A DNA stretch of 64,000 nucleotides from an uncultured virus (IMG/VR IMGVR_UViG_3300033821_000010) (Duplodnaviria; Heunggongvirae; Uroviricota; Caudoviricetes), in IMG/VR virus record IMGVR_UViG_3300033821_000010. One strand, written 5' to 3'. A program made the position numbers and the translations under genes. Shown one piece after another: positions 56,419 to 64,000 of the stretch. The notes under the pieces are model-generated. The model was not told the DNA's origin. It ran no database searches and saw nothing but the letters and a program-made list of their open reading frames with translations. The first letter of the stretch is position 1, and every line of letters starts with the position of its first letter.

Positions 56419-57487
56419 TTACTCCAAACTTTGTAGCTCTGGAATCGGACGGGCATAGTATTGCAAACCTTTCATGTAGCCCAAGTAGCTGCACATCGCC
56501 AAAGAACCATGCCCTCTCAAGTTTACTACCACATTTTCCATATCACCTTCAGGAAATAACTCTAAAATTTCATCAAACTCTTCCACAGCACCACAAGGAA
56601 TAGCGATTGAAGTCATGGGTGCATTCTTGATGTAAACGTGTGAGTGCATCCCCCACCGCAAACGATTATAGTAACTATACAGCCGTACCTGTATCGGAGC
56701 GTCAACAGAAGGCTTTTTGTCGCCATAGTAGTTCACCACATTGTCAAGAATCGGTTCTACAGCTACAAAGCCTTCCTTATCAATGAACCGCTTATCAATA
56801 TCTCTTTGCGAAACGTAAATCACATCCCTAGTCCTGAAAGATGGGAAACCATGCTCGCATCTAAAAGACAAATTTCCCAAAAAGCGACTAGGATTGGAAC
56901 CATGAATGAGACTATGAAATGTATCAGCTACCTTTTTGGCATAATCAAAAAACTCTTTTTCATCGGGAATAGGAACACTGTCTTCCATTTGTTCACTTCC
57001 AACCCGTGTAAATACTTTAAGTTGGTTAAGTCTGCCTTTCAGAATTTTCGCAATTTCAACAAAATCTTCGGATTCTCCCCATAAGTTTCCAAGCGGGTCA
57101 AGTATCCTACCCTTATACCGCTCACCGTTTTTTGGTTATCTCGACAAACAGATTGCTCTTGACTTGCAGAGCGCGGGCAATCAATTCTTGCAGTGGATAT
57201 TGGTTATCCAAATTGCGCTTAGACGTAACCAAAAGGCACTTGGGATGAACGGCTTTTATTTGCCGGATGATTTTTTGCTTGTTGTTAGGAACATCGGCAA
57301 ACCAGATAATCAAGCCATATTTTTCAAACTCCTCAACATTTTCAAGCATTTCCTCTAAAACAGAAAAACAACCACCATTCAAAAAAGTGGTGTTCTTGTC
57401 AACTAGAACGGTTGACATAGTTTGGACGATTTTGGAAGGTTTGCCGACACCATCATCCCATGTACCGCCAACAAACAAGGTCTTCAT
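56419..57487 (-). pseudogene. Class II aldolase/adducin-like gene split by a 1-nt frameshift in an A6 run
   Basis: Deleting one A at 57128-57133 joins 57122-57487 to 56419-56988 through TKNGERYKGRILDPLGNLW... into one 355-aa ORF; C-terminal HSH and LRGHG aldolase-II motifs. Confidence 0.7.
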
Positions 57488-57498
57488 CAGAACCTCTC

Positions 57499-58143
57499 TT
57501 AGTGTGTCGTAAAAAGACGTTGGGCTTTATATTTAGTCTTTATGGCCTTCAAATCAAAGTCGTAACAATTTTTTGCATCAAGAGCCATATCACGCGGGTC
57601 ATCTTCAATTTTAAGCACTTCAGGCCCACCAGCATCAATGATACTCCAACCGTCATACCATTTGATAGTGGCGTCTTTTTCAATTTCAATTTCGTAATAA
57701 ACAAAACCATTCTCATCAGAAATCATGAGTATTTTAGTGCCAGCCTTGACCTTTTCCTTTTCAGGAGCCGAATCTTCACGCTCTTTTACTAGCATTTTGT
57801 AATCAGCTTGCGGAATGAAATTAACATGCTCAAACGAGTCTTCTAGAAATTCGCCAACCTTTCTCAAGATAATTCCGTTTGGCTCAGCAACAGAACTTGG
57901 CTTTTCTTCGGCGGATGATTGTGTGGCTCCCTTTTTTTCAAACTTCACTTCTGTAATAGAACCACTCCATTCTTTGACTGTGATGCGAAGTTCAGGGCAT
58001 TCTTTCGCTTCAAAAACGCGAACGTAGCCATCCTTAGCATTGCCGGTTTTTGAGATACGCTTCCATTTTGGGTTGAAAAGAACCTTCAACTCCGGTTTCA
58101 TTTCATCAATTTCTTTGATACAGCTTTCCGTAGTAATCTTCAT
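57499..58143 (-). CDS. Hypothetical protein
   Basis: 214 aa, ATGA-coupled. Confidence 0.6.
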   Translation of the reverse strand: MKITTESCIKEIDEMKPELKVLFNPKWKRISKTGNAKDGYVRVFEAKECPELRITVKEWSGSITEVKFEKKGATQSSAEEKPSSVAEPNGIILRKVGEFLEDSFEHVNFIPQADYKMLVKEREDSAPEKEKVKAGTKILMISDENGFVYYEIEIEKDATIKWYDGWSIIDAGGPEVLKIEDDPRDMALDAKNCYDFDLKAIKTKYKAQRLFTTH

Positions 58144-58517
58144 GCTTCCGCTCCTTCTTTGAAAAAATCAGGGTCATACTTCAATATCTTTTCCTTGAAC
58201 GTTGGGCTTCGCTCAGAAAGGATGTTACTGAGAACAAGAATAGCTTTTCGGCATAGTTCTTCTCTTTGTTTAATTTTAACGGTAGGACTTAATGCCGCTA
58301 CTGCAATAGCAAGAATCTCAGTATGTTGTTCTTCTGTGATTTGCAGAAGATGAAGATTGTCGCTCAGTTTTTCTATAAAATCAAGCTTACGAGCACGTTT
58401 GATACAGCGGCTCAACAATGTGAATTGAAGTAACACTATATACCAATCAACTATCGGCTGCATTTTGTCCTTTCTCAAGACTGCGCCATTATATGTATCG
58501 TCAAAAATGGGATTCAT
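58140..58517 (-). CDS. Hypothetical protein
   Basis: 125 aa, ATGA-coupled. Confidence 0.6.
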   Translation of the reverse strand: MNPIFDDTYNGAVLRKDKMQPIVDWYIVLLQFTLLSRCIKRARKLDFIEKLSDNLHLLQITEEQHTEILAIAVAALSPTVKIKQREELCRKAILVLSNILSERSPTFKEKILKYDPDFFKEGAEA

Positions 58518-58795
58518 TTTAAAGGAAAACGTTCATCTTTACATAAGCCGAAATCACTGAGCGTATCCACCCACCACTCTTTCAGCCACATTTTCCAAGA
58601 GCGTTGATTATACATCAAATGCTCCAACGAATAAACACAACCTTCTGGCGGCTCTTTATCTTGAATGGAAACGCTGACACTGGTAATTGGACAGCGCCAA
58701 GCATTAGGACCAAAATCGTGCCGCAAGATTGGTTCGCCTAACTCTTTATCAAGAACCACTTTACGACATAAATTGCAGATTCGATGGTCTATCAT
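58514..58795 (-). CDS. Small Cys-motif protein
   Basis: Likely start MIDHRIC; ICNLCR...RCPI...EPPEGCVYSLEH. Confidence 0.6.
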   Translation of the reverse strand: MIDHRICNLCRKVVLDKELGEPILRHDFGPNAWRCPITSVSVSIQDKEPPEGCVYSLEHLMYNQRSWKMWLKEWWVDTLSDFGLCKDERFPLK

Positions 58796-59067
58796 GTTTT
58801 TGTGCGAATCTTCAACGCAGTCCACCCCATATTGCCAGCCTTTCGGCCTTGCGGATACCAGAACAAATCCGTCCTGCTTTTGGTTTGCTCTTTCTTCGGC
58901 ACCTTGTGAACCTTGAAAAACTCTTTGAGAGCTTCTTTTGGACTCTCTGCTTCAACTGTTTCTTTATTACCAGTCAATTCACAGTTGGGCAGCTTAAATT
59001 CGACAACATCATAACGGGACATTGCTTTGCCCTCTTGGCCTGAGAGTATATCGTCAAGAGTCTTCAT
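58792..59067 (-). CDS. Hypothetical protein
   Basis: Likely start MKTLDD just after the upstream stop. Confidence 0.55.
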   Translation of the reverse strand: MKTLDDILSGQEGKAMSRYDVVEFKLPNCELTGNKETVEAESPKEALKEFFKVHKVPKKEQTKSRTDLFWYPQGRKAGNMGWTALKIRTKT

Positions 59068-59072
59068 TATTA

Positions 59073-59474
59073 TTATCCGTTTGAAGTATATGTCGTAATG
59101 CTTTCGCATTTCACGGCTTGTCCAAAGACATTCTTCATGTCCTTCTTGACACCATCCCTGAAAGCCTTGCCTGTCTCTTTATCCTTGATGGACTCGTAAT
59201 CCCGGCCAACGTATGTAGTACCTTCTTCGTTTTCATAACAAGCGAGTTTAGCTTTCTGTTTTTTGATAGTGACATCTAACAGATTTTGTACTGCTTCTCT
59301 TTCTTCCCACCTGTCATTGCAGTCTTCGCCGTTATCTGTTTCATCGCTCTGGTCTTTTTTCTCTTTTGGAGTGTAATTCAACATCGTCTTCAAATCGTCA
59401 TATTCAATACGCGCCCCAAAAATGCTGAAACTGGTTGTACTGCTATTGCTCACAAAACCATGCCGTACTTTCAT
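59073..59474 (-). CDS. Hypothetical protein with 'MKxRxGFVSNSSxxSF' N-terminal motif
   Basis: Motif MKVRHGFVSNSSTTSF, recurrent in large-phage hypothetical proteins; AAGGAGG RBS. Confidence 0.7.
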   Translation of the reverse strand: MKVRHGFVSNSSTTSFSIFGARIEYDDLKTMLNYTPKEKKDQSDETDNGEDCNDRWEEREAVQNLLDVTIKKQKAKLACYENEEGTTYVGRDYESIKDKETGKAFRDGVKKDMKNVFGQAVKCESITTYTSNG

Positions 59475-59522
59475 AATTCCTCCTTTTTGTTTCAGCCAAT
59501 TACCACGTCGCTTCCAACAGCC

Positions 59523-59551
59523 ATTATAGTCTCGCGGCTTTGTCTTTTCAA
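59523..59551 (-). promoter_or_regulatory. Sigma70-type promoter heading the early/accessory block
   Basis: TTGAAA (59546-59551) - 17 nt - TATAAT (59523-59528), 48 nt upstream of the ATG at 59474. Confidence 0.7.
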
Positions 59552-59701
59552 CTGTTTTTTGATTTATCTAACTATTTGGACTACACGGTTTTGTGAGAAT
59601 GTTTCGGTTTGTATTTCTTTCTATTGAATATGACAAGAGCGCCGTTTGGTGGTGTATTTTCGTCAACAACTATCCACATGGTTGGACTGAGCACTAAAAG
59701 T

Positions 59702-59911
59702 TTAGACACCTTTTTCATTGCAGCGTTTTCTGTTTTTAATGACCAAAACACCTTCTTCATCCTCTACCAATTTGAATCTTCTGTTTTTGATGTCGTTTAT
59801 ACTGACAGAAGGACAACTCGCTATTTCAAACATCGGCACCAGAACCTCTTGGAACTTAGGTTCATTCAATACCGATTTTTTACTCAGCTTTACACCTTTA
59901 GGAAGTCGCAT
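59702..59911 (-). CDS. Hypothetical protein
   Basis: 69 aa overlapping the end of the upstream gene. Confidence 0.4.
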   Translation of the reverse strand: MRLPKGVKLSKKSVLNEPKFQEVLVPMFEIASCPSVSINDIKNRRFKLVEDEEGVLVIKNRKRCNEKGV

Positions 59912-60977
59912 TTTGTGCTATTCCAAAGCAGCTTACCGTTGCGAACTCACCTGTTAATTCTCTGTCGTGTGTAGTCCAGAATTGTAGATGAATTCCATAT
60001 TTGCCTTGTAACGTTACAGGGCTAGTATATTGTATCCAAAAAATGTAAGTATCATTATGCAAACCGCGCAAATCACCACCTATGCCAGCAGGACTAGGTG
60101 GAGAGATTGAATCTGAATAGTTTATTAAATCCCTAATTCTTTTCCATTTCGTATTGCTTGGAGGATAGAGAAAAAATTGTCCAGTCTGAGGATTTGGTAC
60201 ATATATACCAGTTTCTATCGAATCTGTCATTACTATATCTTTGCTTATCTGAACATAGCAATCAGTTAAAAGTATGTCTTGGTCTGGTGTTGGCATAAGA
60301 CAAAATGTGCTTCTACCTTCTGTATTAGGTGAATAAAAGTAAGAAACTGTGATATCTACGCCTACGCCCGGTGGTGTGAAGAACGTAAGCTGGCCCGTTC
60401 TATAATCAAGTTCGTAATCTCCATCAATTTCTCCAAATGTTCTTTCTTGAACATCTGAACCATTGAGTTTTACTTCAATGGCATAGCTTGTACCACCCTG
60501 CCAAGGGAAAGGCACTATCAAATGTTCGTCTGTAAGTTTTCCATGCGTAGCGTCAATCGCATATTCATGAGCAAGATGAAAGACATTTGTTTGACCATCA
60601 CCCGCGCCTAAAAATTCATCTACTACTCTAACGGCTTTGCTATACCAAGTTGTTCTGTCACAATAATCATGGCTATACATCCATATTCTTGTACCAATGC
60701 TTTGCGGTTTTTCAGTCACAAAAGCAGTATTTGCCACATTGACCAGCATTGCGCTATCTACAGAAGGAGTATAATCATGGTTTGCAAAAACTGTTTGTAA
60801 AGTATTCAAATCATCGGTAGTCAAATCAGCTTTGAAAATAACAGATAGTGTATCATCTTTGGTGCTGATACCATATAATGCTATCGTAATAGTTGAAGTC
60901 TCTATTTCAGTTTTTAGTTTACTAATATTCAAACCATGAGGAAAAGTTTGACTTATTGAGTAAGTATACGTTGTCAT
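59898..60977 (-). CDS. Hypothetical virion protein
   Basis: 359 aa; 'GAGDGQTNVF...DYELDYRTGQLTFFTPPGVGVDITVSY' beta domain typical of tail/baseplate proteins; AGGAG RBS. Confidence 0.6.
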   Translation of the reverse strand: MTTYTYSISQTFPHGLNISKLKTEIETSTITIALYGISTKDDTLSVIFKADLTTDDLNTLQTVFANHDYTPSVDSAMLVNVANTAFVTEKPQSIGTRIWMYSHDYCDRTTWYSKAVRVVDEFLGAGDGQTNVFHLAHEYAIDATHGKLTDEHLIVPFPWQGGTSYAIEVKLNGSDVQERTFGEIDGDYELDYRTGQLTFFTPPGVGVDITVSYFYSPNTEGRSTFCLMPTPDQDILLTDCYVQISKDIVMTDSIETGIYVPNPQTGQFFLYPPSNTKWKRIRDLINYSDSISPPSPAGIGGDLRGLHNDTYIFWIQYTSPVTLQGKYGIHLQFWTTHDRELTGEFATVSCFGIAQNATS

Positions 60978-60992
60978 ATTTCTCTCCTGACC

Positions 60993-63900
60993 TTATACAG
61001 TATTTTCTTGTAAATAAAGCATTGCGTTTTCTAATTTACTAGCCAATGTTGCGTTGATTGAAGCTCCTCCAGAAGTATACCATTGTATATAAACAGTATG
61101 TGCTCCTGCTGCTAGACCAGTTGCTTGATACACTATTGTACTATTTATAGCTATACCACTACTATAGAAATAGATATTAGTTCCTTTGAGTATTGTTGCA
61201 GTACCATCAATAGACAAACCAAATGTGTTTGTACTTCTTGAACTTGTATTAGAACTAGATGCAGTGAAGACTATCAACAATGTTGTACCTGCACTCGTCG
61301 TGATTGATTGTGACATTAAAGTTACATAAGAAGTGCTGCTTGTGGTATTATTTCCAGTGATATTGTTTACTACTGTTTGTTTAATAGATTGTATACCTTG
61401 TACTCCCGTAAAACCTTGTACTCCCGTAGAACCTTGTACTCCTGCACCTGTTAAACCTTGATAGCCTTGGAAACCACGTGGGCCTTGTACTCCCGTAGAA
61501 CCTTGTACTCCCGTAGAACCCTGTACTCCTGCGCCAGTTAAACCTTGAACGCCTGTAAAACCTTGCGCGCCTTTTGTTCCTTGTGTTCCAGTAAATCCCT
61601 GAACACCAGCGCCAGTTAAACCTTGTGGCCCAACAAAACCTTGAACACCAGTAAAACCTTGGACACCTGTTGACGCAAGTGATATAACATCAATACTGAT
61701 ATCTTCACCATAAATTGTATTAGCACCAGTAAGACGTATCCATTGCAATTTAACAGTATATGTTCCCGGCGCTTTCTTTGTCGAACTTCTAAATGATGCA
61801 GAGAATGTTCGTTCAAGGTCATCGTATGGTTCTTCAACGACAGCATCACCATTTTCGTTATCAATAACTACTCTCATGCTTACTTCAGAACCAGCACCAG
61901 CAGCACTAGTAGTAAGAACTATAGTACCTATTGCAAAAATATATCCTGTTGCTGTCGTTGTAATATCTACAGTGGCATTAGGAATATCTATCCAAGATGC
62001 GGAAGTCAATGTTTGTTGTGTTGCAGAATAATATCGTGCAGAAACGATTTCACCAGTGCCAACAGGGCCAATTAATCCTTGATAACCTTGTGGGCCTACA
62101 TTTCCTTGAACACCAATATCTCCAGTATTTCCTTGTGTTCCTACATTGCCCTGTACTCCCGTATTGCCTGTGAATCCTTGAACACCAGCATTTCCTGTTA
62201 AACCTTGTGTGCCAATAAAACCTTGTACTCCCGTAGCTCCAACATTTCCTTGTACTCCATTAAAACCTTGTACCCCCGTATTTCCTGTATTGCCTGTAAA
62301 TCCCTGAACACCAGCATTGCCTGTATTGCCAGTCAAACCTTGAACTCCTGCATTACCCGTCAAACCTTGTGCGCCCTTGACTCCCTGTACGCCTTGTGTG
62401 CCTTGAACTCCTGCATTTCCTGTTAAGCCTTGCGCGCCAGCAAAACCTTGTATTCCTGTATTGCCAGTCAAACCTTGTACGCCTGTATTTCCTGTTAAAC
62501 CTTGATTACCAGTAAAACCTTGTACTCCTGTATTTCCTGTTAAACCTTGAGCACCTGATGCTCCAATATTTCCTTGAGTGCCTGTGAAGCCCTGAACACC
62601 AACATTTCCTGTTAGACCTTGTACTCCCGTATTTCCTGTACTGCCAGTAAATCCCTGCACACCAGCGTTGCCAGTAAATCCTTGTACGCCAACATTGCCT
62701 GTGCTACCAACTTGACCTTGATATCCCTGTACGCCTGTATTTCCTGTTAAACCTTGATTACCAGCTACGCCTTGAACACCGGCATTGCCTGTAAAACCTT
62801 GAACTCCTGTATTGCCCATCAAACCTTGTGTACCTACAGCACCTTGGAATCCTAAGCCTTGAATTCCTTGTGGACCAGCAACACCTTGATTACCTGTGGC
62901 ACCCGCTACAGCTTCGATATTGCAATTGGCATAAACAATGGTAATATTTGTACCAGAAGATGTTAGATTAGCAGCGCGAACAGTAAAAATATCACCAGAA
63001 TTTACACCTGCAATAACTCCAGTGATTGCTACCACGTTATATTCTGTAGAAACACCCATTCTTGTTTGAGCAAGATGGTCAGGAATTTGATTTCCATTTT
63101 TGTATATGCCAAAAACCAAATCTTGTGAATTTGTATTACAACTAACCGAGAGCGAACAATTAGTAATATATGTTCCCGTTGTATTGCAAGTTAAAGCATT
63201 TGTGGCATAGGAAAAACCTGAATTATCGCCAGCAGACCATCCAGTAATTATATAGTAGTTTCCAACAGTGGTTAATGTTTGTGAAGTAGAATTGTTATCA
63301 ATTACCATCTCACCAAAAGCTGCTGACCCCGGTACTGCTGGAGTACCTTGATTTCCCTGAACACCTGTAGCTCCTTGGAAACCTAAACCTTGAATCCCTT
63401 GTGAACCAGCAACGCCCTGAACTCCATTATTTCCTTGAGTACCAACATTGCCTGTTGACCCTTGGGCACCTACACTTCCTGTATTTCCTGTACTGCCTGT
63501 AAATCCCTGAACTCCTGCATTCCCTGTTAAACCTTGAACACCTGCATTCCCTGTAAATCCTTGGGCACCTACATTTCCTTGTACGCCTATATTGCCAGTC
63601 AAACCTTGAACACCTGTACTACCAATATTTCCTTGGGCACCTACATTTCCTTGTACGCCTATATTGCCTGTAAATCCCTGAACTCCTGCATTCCCTGTTA
63701 AACCTTGAACACCTGATGCTCCCATATTTCCTTGCGTACCTACATTTCCTTGAACGCCTGTATTACCTGTAAATCCTTGTACCCCCGTATTACCGATATT
63801 GCCTTGAACACCACTATGTCCTTGTGGACCCGGTACTGTTGAAGCATCACCAGTATAGCCTTGCGCTCCTACATTTCCTTGTGGGCCTGTGTCTCCAATA

Positions 63901-64000
63901 TTTCCTTGAAATCCAATACTACCTTGTGAACCAACAAATCCTTGAATTCCATCAATGCCTTGAACTCCATCTATGCCTTGTGCGCCTTCCGGTCCTTGTG
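60993..64000 (-). CDS. Collagen-like fibre protein with interspersed BclA/C1q-like globular domains (5'-truncated by window edge)
   Basis: The frame of the 60993-63725 ORF also reads Gly-X-Y at 63781-63839 and at the window end (QGPEGAQGIDGVQ at 63998); long G-X-Y tracts (GVQGFTGNT) and three beta-sandwich-like domains. Confidence 0.85.
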   Translation of the reverse strand, partial: QGPEGAQGIDGVQGIDGIQGFVGSQGSIGFQGNIGDTGPQGNVGAQGYTGDASTVPGPQGHSGVQGNIGNTGVQGFTGNTGVQGNVGTQGNMGASGVQGLTGNAGVQGFTGNIGVQGNVGAQGNIGSTGVQGLTGNIGVQGNVGAQGFTGNAGVQGLTGNAGVQGFTGSTGNTGSVGAQGSTGNVGTQGNNGVQGVAGSQGIQGLGFQGATGVQGNQGTPAVPGSAAFGEMVIDNNSTSQTLTTVGNYYIITGWSAGDNSGFSYATNALTCNTTGTYITNCSLSVSCNTNSQDLVFGIYKNGNQIPDHLAQTRMGVSTEYNVVAITGVIAGVNSGDIFTVRAANLTSSGTNITIVYANCNIEAVAGATGNQGVAGPQGIQGLGFQGAVGTQGLMGNTGVQGFTGNAGVQGVAGNQGLTGNTGVQGYQGQVGSTGNVGVQGFTGNAGVQGFTGSTGNTGVQGLTGNVGVQGFTGTQGNIGASGAQGLTGNTGVQGFTGNQGLTGNTGVQGLTGNTGIQGFAGAQGLTGNAGVQGTQGVQGVKGAQGLTGNAGVQGLTGNTGNAGVQGFTGNTGNTGVQGFNGVQGNVGATGVQGFIGTQGLTGNAGVQGFTGNTGVQGNVGTQGNTGDIGVQGNVGPQGYQGLIGPVGTGEIVSARYYSATQQTLTSASWIDIPNATVDITTTATGYIFAIGTIVLTTSAAGAGSEVSMRVVIDNENGDAVVEEPYDDLERTFSASFRSSTKKAPGTYTVKLQWIRLTGANTIYGEDISIDVISLASTGVQGFTGVQGFVGPQGLTGAGVQGFTGTQGTKGAQGFTGVQGLTGAGVQGSTGVQGSTGVQGPRGFQGYQGLTGAGVQGSTGVQGFTGVQGIQSIKQTVVNNITGNNTTSSTSYVTLMSQSITTSAGTTLLIVFTASSSNTSSRSTNTFGLSIDGTATILKGTNIYFYSSGIAINSTIVYQATGLAAGAHTVYIQWYTSGGASINATLASKLENAMLYLQENTV

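Noticed and set aside
26..62426. Plus-strand ORFs and short alternative-frame minus ORFs in the ORF track
   Set aside because: They are shadows of minus-strand genes, especially of collagen repeats and the TMP; I saw no recognisable motifs in them.
1..64000. Genome-wide TAG/TGA stop codon reassignment
   Set aside because: Long genes are intact in the standard code, and TAG ends many genes right before the next gene or at a homologous end (e.g. 15127, 18084, 37275, 40940). No suppressor tRNA is present; the anticodons are UAA and UCU.

Overview
A 64 kb segment of a large, AT-rich tailed dsDNA phage genome, jumbo-phage-like in layout. Essentially all real genes are on the minus strand and use the standard code. 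In transcription order (right to left) it holds six blocks. (1) A collagen-like fibre gene running off the right edge, plus one other virion-like gene. (2) About 12 kb of small early/accessory genes behind a sigma70-like promoter: NUDIX, ATP-grasp, 2H phosphoesterase, DUF2934, a frameshifted class II aldolase-like gene, lipoproteins, tRNA-Arg(UCU) and tRNA-Leu(UAA). (3) Putative head-completion/neck genes interleaved with two HNH endonucleases and with a family of genes sharing an N-terminal '(I/V)AxxLxKxAxxL(V/I/L)A' leader. Five proteins also carry an 'I(D/E)FP...YLxEHPxADKxxH' module fused to unrelated cargo domains (GNAT, DUF3626/ART-like, HD). UvrD and a CCA-adding enzyme lie in the same block. 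(4) A GT10 glycosyltransferase. (5) A tail module with three paralogous tube-like genes, three paralogous chaperone-like genes, a 2220-aa tape measure protein and a hub-like gene. The first tube gene is split by a 261-nt ORF-less group I intron and is preceded by a free-standing LAGLIDADG gene that duplicates its start. (6) A second collagen-like fibre gene running off the left edge. The best candidate for an undescribed system is the leader + module + variable cargo family, read as a putative virion-packaged, shuffled effector set. All functional calls come from motif recognition by eye; no database searches were run.
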